A stretch of 64,000 nucleotides of DNA, from NCBI RefSeq assembly GCF_020745735.1, contig NC_083435.1:28519231-28583230 (forward strand). The letters are read 5' to 3'. Positions 50,600 through 59,946 of this stretch are shown here, piece after piece (position 1 is the stretch's first letter; every line of letters begins with the position of its first letter). This stretch comes from Hemiscyllium ocellatum. Taxonomy: Eukaryota. The position numbers and the translations under genes are program-made. The notes below the pieces were generated by a model. That model searched no databases and was not told the origin of the DNA. It saw only the letters and a program-made list of their open reading frames with translations.

Positions 50600-50890
50600 T
50601 TAGCTCAGTGGTGAGCACTGCTGCCTCACAGTGCCAGGGACCCTGGTTTGATTCCAGCCTTGGGTGACTGTTGGTGTGGATTTCCTCTCACAATCGAAAG
50701 ATGCGCAGTTTGGTGAATTGGCCATGCTAAATTGTGAATAGTGTTCAAGAATGTGTAGATTAGGTACATTAGTCAAGGGTAAATATAGAGAAATACAGTA
50801 GGTGAATGAATTTGGGTGGGTTATTCTTGGGAGGGTTGGTGGAGACTTGTGGGGCCGAAGGGCCTGTTTCCACAATGTAGGGATTCTGTA
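50600..50890 (+). mobile_element. HE1-like V-SINE
   Basis: gctcagtggtgagcactgctgcctcacagtgccagggaccctggtttgattcc head and tail. Confidence 0.85.
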
Positions 50891-51073
50891 ACATAACATG
50901 AATTCTGCAACATTAGCCATGTGCATTGTGGTTTCCAGGTACTTGTGGCGTTTTATGGAATAGTCTTTAAAAAGGCCATTTGGTCCATCGGACCCATGCT
51001 GTCATCAAACATCTCTCACTTTCCAGCACTTGGCTGTACCCTAATACGCTGAGGCATTTCAAATGCTCCTTTG

Positions 51074-51392
51074 AGAATTCCCCGGAGAAATGTGTTTCTT
51101 CAGTGCATTTTGGCCTCACAAAGCTGAAGGATTTATCACGTTCTCTTCCGAGCAGGCACTGAGTTTTCTTTCAGCAGCTACCGTCAGTTATTGTTGTGAC
51201 TGCAGCATGTCCGAAAGGCTGAACTCAACTCACTTCGTTGTGTTTCCGCTGAGCTCAGCTGATTTCCGTAATGTCTCACAAGCGTCTAAGTTCCTGGAGG
51301 CAAACCTTGAATAGCCGAGTTCTGCCAGAGCTTGGTGACTCATGGATTGTTTGAATTGGAATTGGTCTGGCCGTGGATTTGCCTCCAATCAG
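51074..51392 (+). promoter_or_regulatory. Candidate MHC class I promoter: kB-like (51074-83), ISRE-like (51162-73), S (aaacct 51302-07), X2 (TGACTCA 51336-42), Y (ATTGG 51355-59 and 51361-65), CCAATCAG (51385-92)
   Basis: Motifs read directly; order and X2-to-Y spacing (18 nt to the second ATTGG) resemble recalled HLA class I promoters; region is CpG-richer than its flanks. Confidence 0.55.
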
Positions 51393-51506
51393 TAAGAGGC
51401 TACTCGAGTGAGTAGGAACAGAGTTTCATGGTGGTACGGGTTAGAGCATTCCTGGATTGTGGGCGACTGTTCTGCGGAAAGGATCGCCCAAAATTCCTCT
51501 CCCACC

Positions 51507-51573
51507 ATGAGTGGAGACGGAGGAATGGCGGGATTGGTACTCCTGGTGCTTCTGTGTGGGGAAGTCGCTGCAA
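51507..51573 (+). CDS. Leader (signal peptide) exon of an MHC class I-like gene: MSGDGGMAGLVLLVLLCGEVAA
   Basis: Kozak-like ccaccATG at 51507 (second in-frame ATG at 51525), hydrophobic core, phase-1 donor A|gtgagt. Confidence 0.8.
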
Positions 51574-51589
51574 GTGAGTATTCGCAGCT

Positions 51590-51920
51590 GAGAGGGGCAG
51601 TTTCAGGTTGGGGTTATGTTAACACAAAGGGAAACCAATAGCCCGAGGTATGAGGGGGACAGTACCAGGCTGGCGATTATATTAACGTAGAGGAAAACCA
51701 ATAGTGCCAGACTGGGAGTTGTGTTACAACATCACAGTGGGAAACTAATAGAGTGAGGTGTGAGGGGGAAGTGCCAGACTGGGAGTTATGTTAGCACAGT
51801 GGGAAACCAATAGAGTGAGGTGTGAGGGGGGCAGTACCAGGCTGGGGGTTATGCTGGAACACTTCAGTGGGAAACCAATAGAGTGAATTGTAAGGGGGGG
51901 GGGGGGGTGCAGTACCAGAT
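51590..51920. repeat. 47-68 bp degenerate minisatellite, about 5 units, each with ggaaac(c/t)aatag
   Basis: Cores at 51635, 51698, 51745, 51807 and 51875. Confidence 0.85.
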
Positions 51921-51978
51921 GGACATTGGAGTTACAAGATTGAGAAGGGTGTAGGAGAACGGGATGGGGAGGGTAGGG

Positions 51979-52088
51979 TGCCCGAAACGTCGACTCTCCT
52001 GTTCCTTGGGATTCGGCCTGACCTGTTGTGTTTTTTCCAGTTCCGCATTTTTTTCAATTCTGACTCTCCAGCATCTGCAGTCCTCACT
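51979..52088 (+). mobile_element. PLE terminal fragment beginning inside hammerhead stem II
   Basis: tgcccgaaacgtcgactctcctgttcc...ccagcatctgcagtcctcact. Confidence 0.8.
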
Positions 52089-53164
52089 ATCTCCTCGGTT
52101 GTGAGGTGGTTAGGCCATGGGTAGCATGCCTCCACCATTAAATTAAGTCATGTCTGATAATTTCCCATCTTCAGATCCCATCGATGTTCCAACAAAAATC
52201 CAATTCATTTTTGAAAAACACTTGAAATGAGAACTCCCCCAACCTCCCCCAACCCAGCCCCCACCACTGCCTCGACGTTGCCAACTTTTTGAGTTCGGGA
52301 TTTCCACTATTGCTCAATGTGAGGAGAAACCTGCTGACTTCACTTCTGAATGGCCTGTTATTTTATATTGATGTCAAATTGTTTTGTGTTGATTCTGTCA
52401 ATGACTTGTAACCCTTTAAACGCTTATTAAAATACAAAGTGGAAGGATTGGAAACAGGAGTAGGCCATCCGGCCTTTTGAGACTGCTCCAACATTCAACA
52501 TGATCATAGCTGAACATCCAACTCTGTACCCTGTTCCCGTTATTGTCCCCACACCCTTCACAATCAATTAGCTGTGAATGTTCTGCACTCAAGGAATGAG
52601 AAGCTTAAATATAAACAAAAAGATGCTGGAGAAACTCAACAGGTCTGCGGAGAGAGATTAATATTTTGATTCCAATGTGGCACGTCTTCAGAACTGTCAG
52701 CATTCCTGGTTTTAACCATTCATTGTGAGAATATGTTTCCACAAACACCACTGGTTCATTTAACAATCACCTTGAACTGAAATCTGCAATTTCTAAACTA
52801 TTCACCAAAGGAACTGGGTTCCTCCCCCTCTTATCTTGGCACTGTGTGATATTGAACACTGCTATCAAATCTCCTTGAAGTCTTTTCTTCTCCAAAGGAA
52901 ACAGCCCAATCTGTGCACATCGTTGTCATTCCTCAACCCTGGAATAATTTTAGTTTATCTTTTCAGTAAGCTCTCAAAGAGTTTCCTGCATTCCCTACAT
53001 AGGTGCACCCAGAATTGAAAACAATACTCTAGTTCAGCATGTAATGGTTCAGCATGAATTCACTATTCCTTCCTTCGGATGTATGCACCTCTGGGAAGGC
53101 TAGCTTTTATTTCCCAACCCAAATTCCCTACTGGCTTGCCAGGTCATCTCGAGGGGAGTTAAGA

Positions 53165-53430
53165 ATCATACACTCGCTACCATGTGGAAGCAGGTGATTC
53201 GGCCCATCCAGATTGACCCCCACCCATTGTGTCTCTGTAACCCAGCATTTCCCATCCCCTATTCCACCTGACCTGCAAATGTTTGGATAAAGGGAGAAAG
53301 CCAGATGATCCGGAGGAAATGCACACAGATACAAAGGGAGAACATGCAAACACCACACAGGTAGTCTCCCGAGGAGGGAATCAAACCCAGATCCCTGGCA
53401 CTGTGAGGCAGCGGTGCTAACCACTAAACT
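53165..53430 (-). mobile_element. HE1-like V-SINE
   Basis: tggttagcaccgctgcctcacagtgccagggatctgggtttgattcc on minus. Confidence 0.85.
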
Positions 53431-54410
53431 GTCCTGCTGCACAATCCTGTGGGACTGGAGTCACATGTATTCTTGATCTTGCAGATTTCCTCCACTCTGG
53501 GATGGGAGTATGAATGAATGTGAAGTTACTTGCTTTGGAAGAAAAATTGTTTTTTAAAAAGCGGCATATTTCTTCGCTGATGAGGTGCCAGGAAGTGTGG
53601 GTGTCTGATGAGATCTGAATGCTCTTGCCTTTGAGTTAATAAAAGCATGCAGCATGGAGTCTTCAGGCAATTTTATTTACTCCGTCGGGTCCGGACCTGG
53701 GTCCAAGATTTTAATGCCCTCAATTTTCGTTATGACTTCTGCAGCATCTTGTCTGAAGCATGGCTGGTCTGATTTGGCCTGGAATTCCTTTAGCTGGCTT
53801 TGGCGGCTGTTTCCATCAATATCGGTTTGAATCTTGTTTGGTAGCTTCAGTCAGTCTGTGACTCCATGAGGCATCCTATTTGGCATGGTGGTGGGTTCGG
53901 CCTAGGGAGACAGGGTGTTGGGTCCTCAACACCATGGGGCATGAAATAGACTAAGTAGATTTTGTCTTGAAATCTCTTTTTGTGATTTCTTTTTTCCCCT
54001 CTGTTATATTATCATGGGAGGACTGTTATTCTGATTTTTTTTACCTTTTATTTTTCTATTTTTTTCCTATGATTTTGTACTTTTCAAGGTCTGTAATGCT
54101 GGACCTTTTTAGTTTTTTTTATTTTCGAATTCTTTTCAGAAGAAATTTCACTCAAGGTTGTACTGACGCTAGTGCTGTAAGTGGTGACTTGTAAACTTTT
54201 CACTGTACTCACATGAGTACATGTTACAATCAATCTAATTCTAATGTGGTATTGAGTATGTTGGATTGGAAGTCAGGCAGAATAGATTAGATGTCACTTT
54301 GCATCAGCAGTTTCATTTGGAAAATTTTAGCCCCACTGGTATTCATCAAAGCAGGGCTTCCTCAAAGGTGCAGTGGCTTGCAAAGTATCAATGGGGGAGT
54401 TATGAAGTCT

Positions 54411-54468
54411 AGATTAGGGTGGTGCTGGAAAAGCACAGCAGTTTAGGCAGCATTCGAGGAGCAGTAAT
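54411..54468 (-). mobile_element. 58-bp PLE terminal insertion
   Basis: ggtggtgctggaaaagcacagcag..ggcagcattcgaggagcag flanked by 14-bp TSD gagttatgaagtct (54397-54410, 54469-54482). Confidence 0.85.
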
Positions 54469-55114
54469 GAGTTATGAAGTCTGACTGGTCAGCTACATTG
54501 GCCCAAACTAGGCCAGATGTCAATTACAAAGTACAGCGATGAAAACATTCCTTCGTTACTCGTGCAAACATTGAAAAAATTAAAAATAAAGCATTGTGCT
54601 TTGAAGATTTCCATCACTGGGAAATGCCAGGAATGTGAAACTTGTTTTTAGTGATTCTTCGAATCGTGCATGTTATCCTTGATTTAGACTTCATCACTTT
54701 CTCCAACTTTACCTCTTGACTTCCTATTTTCTATAGTGCTGTCCATCTCTGCAAGCACTCTCGGAGACCTGGTATTCCTTGGTAATAGAGACCATTTGGC
54801 CCATCGAGTCTGCACCAACCCTTTGAAGAGCATCACACCCAATTCCTGTAACACATACATTTACCATGGCTGACCCACCTAACCTTGATAACTACTGCGC
54901 AATCTAGTTGCTGACTCCCTTTTTAGAATTTTTTTCCCCAATAATTTTGCTAAGAAAAATATGACAGCTACATCCTCACTAAGGTTTTCTGTTACTTATT
55001 TGCTATTAGCTGCTCTTGATACCTTTTTAGCTTCCCAAGCTAAAAGGTAATGTTTGCCTTCCTTTTGCATGAACCTCCTGTACTCGAGAGCTCATCACAA
55101 TGACTTGCAAAGGA

Positions 55115-55410
55115 AGCGCAATAGTGCCTAGAACCTGGGCTTGGTTCCAGCTTTGGGTGCCTGTGTTTTTGGAGTTTGCGCATTCTCCGCATGTCTTCAT
55201 GGGTTTCCTGCCACAATCCAGAGATGTGCAGGTTTGGTAGATTGGCCATGCTAAATCGCCCAGTAGTGTCCAGAGTACGCAGGCTAGGTGGAATAGCTAT
55301 GGTAATTGAGGAGTTATGGAGATAGGGTGGGAAGAGTGGGGTGCTTTTCAGAAGATCAGCGCAGAGTTGATGGGCTGAATGCCCTCTTTCTGCACTGTCG
55401 GGATTTGATG
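55115..55410 (+). mobile_element. HE1-like V-SINE (decayed head)
   Basis: V-domain ggagtttgcgcattctccgcatgtcttcatgggtttcctgccacaatccagagatgtgcagg. Confidence 0.8.
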
Positions 55411-55814
55411 GCTCTCTTTTTGAGGTCTGTTTGCACCATTTGTGGTGTATTAGCTTGTTACCACTCCCAAAACTCAGTAAGGATTTTTAAAGATTTTGTA
55501 CCTGCTCTTCTTTTAAAAAAACGACAGTCTCTGCATGGTTTCCTCAGTTAATCACATATTTGCAACGCCAACAGTTCTTTCTTGTTTATGTGTCGCAGTC
55601 TTCCACAATTGGTGTCCCAAAGTTTGTGAGAGAGATTGAGTGGATTGTAGGGGCACAGGAGAGTACTCAGTCGGACACAGAATGGGATCTGAAAGCAGGG
55701 AGTAAGATTCAGGAGGACCATGGTAGCAGGGTTGAGAGGGAGAGCAGGGATAGATTGAATGTCTCATTTTATGTTGGATTGTAAATGTGGTGGCCATTCC
55801 TCTCTCTGTTTCAG

Positions 55815-56075
55815 ATTCTCACTCACTTCAGTACCTGGCCACTGTTCAGACTGCGACCCACCACCTTCCAGGCTTTGTGATCATCGGCTATGTGGATGAT
55901 GTCCAGTTTTTCAACTACGACAGCACTCGGAAGACATTGATCGCCCAGGGGCAGTGGATGGTGGAAAGTAAGAAGCCCCCATTCTGGGAGCGAAGTGAAA
56001 TTATGGCACAGCAGAAGGAGAAACATTTCGAACATTACATTCAAATGCTAGCGGCACGGACCAACCAGTCGGGTG
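55815..56075 (+). CDS. Alpha-1 domain exon of an MHC class I-like heavy chain
   Basis: SHSLQYLAT..FVIIGYVDDVQFFNYDS..QWM..FWER..ARTNQSG; acceptor tctctctgtttcag, donor G|gtgag; 261 nt, phase 1-1 as expected for class I domain exons. Confidence 0.93.
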
Positions 56076-57077
56076 GTGAGCTCATACACCTCAGTTGTTA
56101 ACATCTTTTGAGAGAAGCTGGGAGTAGAAAGGGATCTGGATAAGGTCATGGGAAGGAAGGGGTTCCATCTCCTTAGAGCAGGGTCTAGCAAACAAAGTGT
56201 ACATTAGACCTCAAAATATATTTGAAAAAAATGTTGTGCCCACCTGTCCTGATGTTCCAAGGTTCAGGGGAACACAGATTTCAGGGTTTGACCAAAAAAT
56301 GCAGGAAAACCCAGGAAGGGAACCATGAGAGGATATTAAAGTGGAAAACCAGGGTATTCTGAGACTGTTTGAAGAGATAGATAGCACTAGTGTAGAGAAT
56401 AGAACTTTAAGACATGAAGGTTGAAGTAAGGGAGAAAATAATGAACTCTAAATCAAGGATATGAAAGATGTGGAGTACAGTAAATTAGACTTCAGAGCAA
56501 CAGGCACACATTGACTTGTGGAAGTATGATGCTGTGACAATAGCAGACACCTGGCTGAAGGGAATGTGTGTTAACTACCTCTGGGTATAAGGTGTTTGGT
56601 AAAGATAGGAAAGGAGGAAACAGAAGAGAAATGGCATTATTGGTCATGAAGAGCATTGCATTGGTGGAATAAGGGCAATTGCATAAATAGGGTTGTGGAC
56701 AGGACTCTGAACTAAATGGGGCATGAGGAGGGTTCAGTTATAGGGGAAATTAGAAAACCCGAATTAAAGGAGGAGGTAAGCGTGCAGAACTCAGGGGAAG
56801 TTATTAAAATCTCCAGTATACACAGAAATACAGCAGTGTATATGGAAAGGGTTAGCAATGAAACTTCAAGCACACTGGACAAACGAATGACTGTGAGAAA
56901 AGGGACCGTTAATACTGGACTTAAGCTGTTATGTCTGAATGCATGCAGGATGAGATATAAAGTAAATAAGCTTGGTGTGCAGATCGAAATTGGCAGGTAT
57001 GATGTGGACATCATGGATGCTGCAAATGTGTTGCTGGTCAAAGCACAGCAGGTTAGGCAGCATCTCAGGAATAGAGA

Positions 57078-57113
57078 ATTCGACGTTTCGAGCATAAGCC
57101 CTTCATCAGGAAT
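57078..57113 (-). ncRNA. Minimal type I hammerhead ribozyme
   Basis: AUUC CUGAUGA A GGGC UUAU GCUC GAAAC GUC GAAU: stem I AUUC/GAAU, stem II GGGC/GCUC, core boxes intact, GUC cleavage triplet, palindromic ACGU in place of helix III. Confidence 0.8.
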
Positions 57114-57246
57114 AAGAGAGAGAGAGCCAAGCAGGCTGAGATAAAAGGTAGGGAGGAGGGACTAGGGGGAGGGGCGATGGAGGTGGGATAGGTGGAAGGA
57201 GGTCAAGGTGAGGGTGATAGGCCGGAGTGGGGTGGGGGCGGAGAGG

Positions 57247-59946
57247 TCAGGAAGAGGATTGCAGGTTGGGAGGGCGGTGCTGAGTTGAGGGAACCGACTG
57301 AGACAAGGTGGGGGGAGGGGAAATGAGGAAGCTGGAGAAATCTGAATTCATACCTTGTGGTTGGAGGGTTCCCAGGCGGAAGATGAGGCGCTCCTCCTCC
57401 AGCCGTCGTGTAGTTGTGTTCTGCCGGTGGAGGAGTCCAAGGACCTGCATGTCCTCGGTGGAGTGGGAGGGGGAGTTAAAGTGTTGAGCCACGGGGTGAT
57501 TGGGTTGGTTGGTTCGGGCGGCCCAGAGGTGTTCTCTGAAGCGTTCCGCAAGTAAGCGGCCTGTCTCACCAATATAGAGGAGGCCACATCGGGTGCAGCG
57601 GATGCAATAGATGATGTGTGTGGAGGTACAGGTGAACTTGTGGCGGATATGGAAGGATCCCTTGGGGCCTTGGAGGGAAGTGAGTGTGGAGGTGTGGGCG
57701 CAAGTTTTACATTTCCTGCGGTTGCAGGGGAAGGTGCCGGGGGTGGAGGTTGGGTTGGTGGGGGGTGTGGATCTGACAAGGGAGTCACGAAGGGAGTGGT
57801 CCTTGCGGAACGCTGATAGGGGAGGGGAGGGAAATATATCCTTGGTGGTGGGGTCCGTTTGGAGGTGGCAGAAATGGCGGCGGATAATACGTTGTATGCG
57901 GAGGTTGGTGGGGTGGTAGGTGAGAACCAGTGGGGTTCTGTCTTGGTGGCAGTTAGAGGAGCGGGACTCAAGGGCGGAGGAGCGGGAAGTGGAGGAGATG
58001 CGGTGGAGGGCATCGTCGATCACGTCTGGGGGGAATCTGCGGTCCTTGAAGAAGGAGGCCATCTGGGCTGTGCGGTGTTGGAATTGGTCCTCCTGGGAGC
58101 AGATGCGGCGGAGACGAAGGAATTGGGAATATGGGATGGCGTTTTTACAGCGGGCAGGGTGGGAGGAGGTGTAGTCCAGGTAGCTGTGGGAGTCAGTCGG
58201 TTTATAATAGATGTCTGTGTTGAGTCGGTCGCCCGAGATAGAAATGGAAAGGTCTAGGAAGGGGAGGGAGGAGTCTGAGACAGTCCAGGTGAATTTCAGG
58301 TCGGGATGGAAGGTGTTAGTAAAGTTGATGAACTGTTCAACCTCCTCGTGGGAGCACGAGGCAGCGCCGATACAGTCATCGATGTAGCGGAGGAAAAGGT
58401 GGGGGGTGGTGCCAGTGTAGTTGCGGAAGATGGACTGTTCCACATATCCTACGAAGAGGCAGGCATAGCTGGGGCCCATGCGGGTGCCCATGGCAACTCC
58501 TTTAGTTTGGAGGAAGTGGGAGGATTGAAAAGAGAAGTTATTCAGGGTGAGGACCAGTTCAGTCAGTCGAAGGAGGGTGTCAGTGGAAGGGTACTGGTTG
58601 GTGCGGCGGGAAAGGAAGAAGCGGAGGGCTTTGAGTCCTTCGTGATGGGGGATGGAGGTGTACAGGGACTGGATGTCCATAGTGAAAATAAGGCGTTGGG
58701 GACCGGGGAAGCGAAAATCCTGGAGGAGGTGGAGGGCGTGGGTGGTGTCCCGAACGTAGGTGGGGAGTTCTTGGACTAAAGGGGACAGGACCGTGTCGAG
58801 GTATTGGGAGATGAGTTCGGTGGGGCAGGAGCAGGCTGAGACAATGGGTCGGCCGGGGCAGGCAGGTTTGTGGATTTTGGGCAGGAGGTAGAAACGGGCG
58901 GTGCGGGGTTGTGGGACTATGAGGTTGGAGGCGGTGGATGGGAGATCCCCTGAGGTGATGAGGTCCTGGATGGTCTGGGAGATGATAGTTTGGTGGTGGG
59001 AGGTGGGGTCGTGGTCAAGGGGGCGATAAGAGGAGGCGTCCGTGAGCTGGCGTTTGGCTTCAGCGGTGTACAGGTCAGTGCGCCAAACTACTACCGCGCC
59101 TCCCTTGTCTGCGGGTTTGATGGTGAGGTTGGGATTGGAGCGGAGGGAGTGGAGGGCTGCACGTTCTGAGGGTGAGAGGTTGGAGTGGGTGAGAGGGGTG
59201 GACAGGTTGAGTCGGTTGATGTCACGGCGGCAGTTGGCTATAAAGAGGTCGAGGGCGGGTAGGAGGCCAGCACGGGGTGTCCAGGTGGATGGGGTGTGTT
59301 GGAGGCGGGAGAAGGGGTCGTCAGAGGGTGGGCGGGAGTCTTGGTTGTGAAAGTAGGCACAGAGGCGAAGGCGGTGGAAGAATTGTTCAATATCTCGCCG
59401 CGTGTTGAACTCATTAATCCGAGGGCGTAGGGGAACGAAGGTGAGGCCCCTGCTGAGGACTGATCTTTCATCCTCAGAGAGGGGGAGATCTGGAGGGATG
59501 GTGAAAATCCGGCAAGGCTGGGAGCTAGGACCTGGTGTGGGACTGGAGCTGGAGCTGGAGCTGGGGGCGGGGTTAGGGGCGGGGACAGAGATCGAAGTAG
59601 GGGCGGAGTTAGACGTGGTGACGTTGCTCGACGTGGGGGTGGGGTCATGCGTCGTGACGGAAATAAGCGTGGGGGCGGGGTTACGTGAAGCGACGGGAGA
59701 TGGCGTGGGGGCGGGGTTATGGGCGGGGTTATGCGTAGTGACGAAAGACGGCGTGGGGGCGGGAAAACCTGAGGATTTGTGCTCCTGCAGGTTAGTGATG
59801 TCAGTGGGGGCGGAAGTGGCTGCGTCGACGGCAACCGGAGGGGCGGAAATGGTTGCGGCGACGGAGGAGTGGTGGTCATTCCCGGTGGCCGCGTGGGTCG
59901 CGGGTCCGTCGGCGATCGTGGAAGCGGTTGTGTGTGTGGTGGTCAC
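57247..59946 (-). CDS. PLE reverse transcriptase - GIY-YIG endonuclease polyprotein (899 aa from GTG; true start lies outside this truncated copy)
   Basis: IKPADKGGAVVVW, FYLLPKIHK..GRPIVS, FTMDIQSLYTSIP, GVAMGTRMGPSYA, FLRYIDD, LPFLDL, CNRRKCKTC linker, IIYCIRCTRCGLLYIGETGR..RFREH..VAQHF. Confidence 0.95.
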   Translation of the reverse strand: MTTTHTTASTIADGPATHAATGNDHHSSVAATISAPPVAVDAATSAPTDITNLQEHKSSGFPAPTPSFVTTHNPAHNPAPTPSPVASRNPAPTLISVTTHDPTPTSSNVTTSNSAPTSISVPAPNPAPSSSSSSSPTPGPSSQPCRIFTIPPDLPLSEDERSVLSRGLTFVPLRPRINEFNTRRDIEQFFHRLRLCAYFHNQDSRPPSDDPFSRLQHTPSTWTPRAGLLPALDLFIANCRRDINRLNLSTPLTHSNLSPSERAALHSLRSNPNLTIKPADKGGAVVVWRTDLYTAEAKRQLTDASSYRPLDHDPTSHHQTIISQTIQDLITSGDLPSTASNLIVPQPRTARFYLLPKIHKPACPGRPIVSACSCPTELISQYLDTVLSPLVQELPTYVRDTTHALHLLQDFRFPGPQRLIFTMDIQSLYTSIPHHEGLKALRFFLSRRTNQYPSTDTLLRLTELVLTLNNFSFQSSHFLQTKGVAMGTRMGPSYACLFVGYVEQSIFRNYTGTTPHLFLRYIDDCIGAASCSHEEVEQFINFTNTFHPDLKFTWTVSDSSLPFLDLSISISGDRLNTDIYYKPTDSHSYLDYTSSHPARCKNAIPYSQFLRLRRICSQEDQFQHRTAQMASFFKDRRFPPDVIDDALHRISSTSRSSALESRSSNCHQDRTPLVLTYHPTNLRIQRIIRRHFCHLQTDPTTKDIFPSPPLSAFRKDHSLRDSLVRSTPPTNPTSTPGTFPCNRRKCKTCAHTSTLTSLQGPKGSFHIRHKFTCTSTHIIYCIRCTRCGLLYIGETGRLLAERFREHLWAARTNQPNHPVAQHFNSPSHSTEDMQVLGLLHRQNTTTRRLEEERLIFRLGTLQPQGMNSDFSSFLISPPPTLSQSVPSTQHRPPNLQSSS

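Noticed and set aside
53575-53630. Two CTGATGA boxes close together
   Set aside because: No stem II-GAAA or C/D partner; neither hammerhead nor snoRNA structure can be drawn
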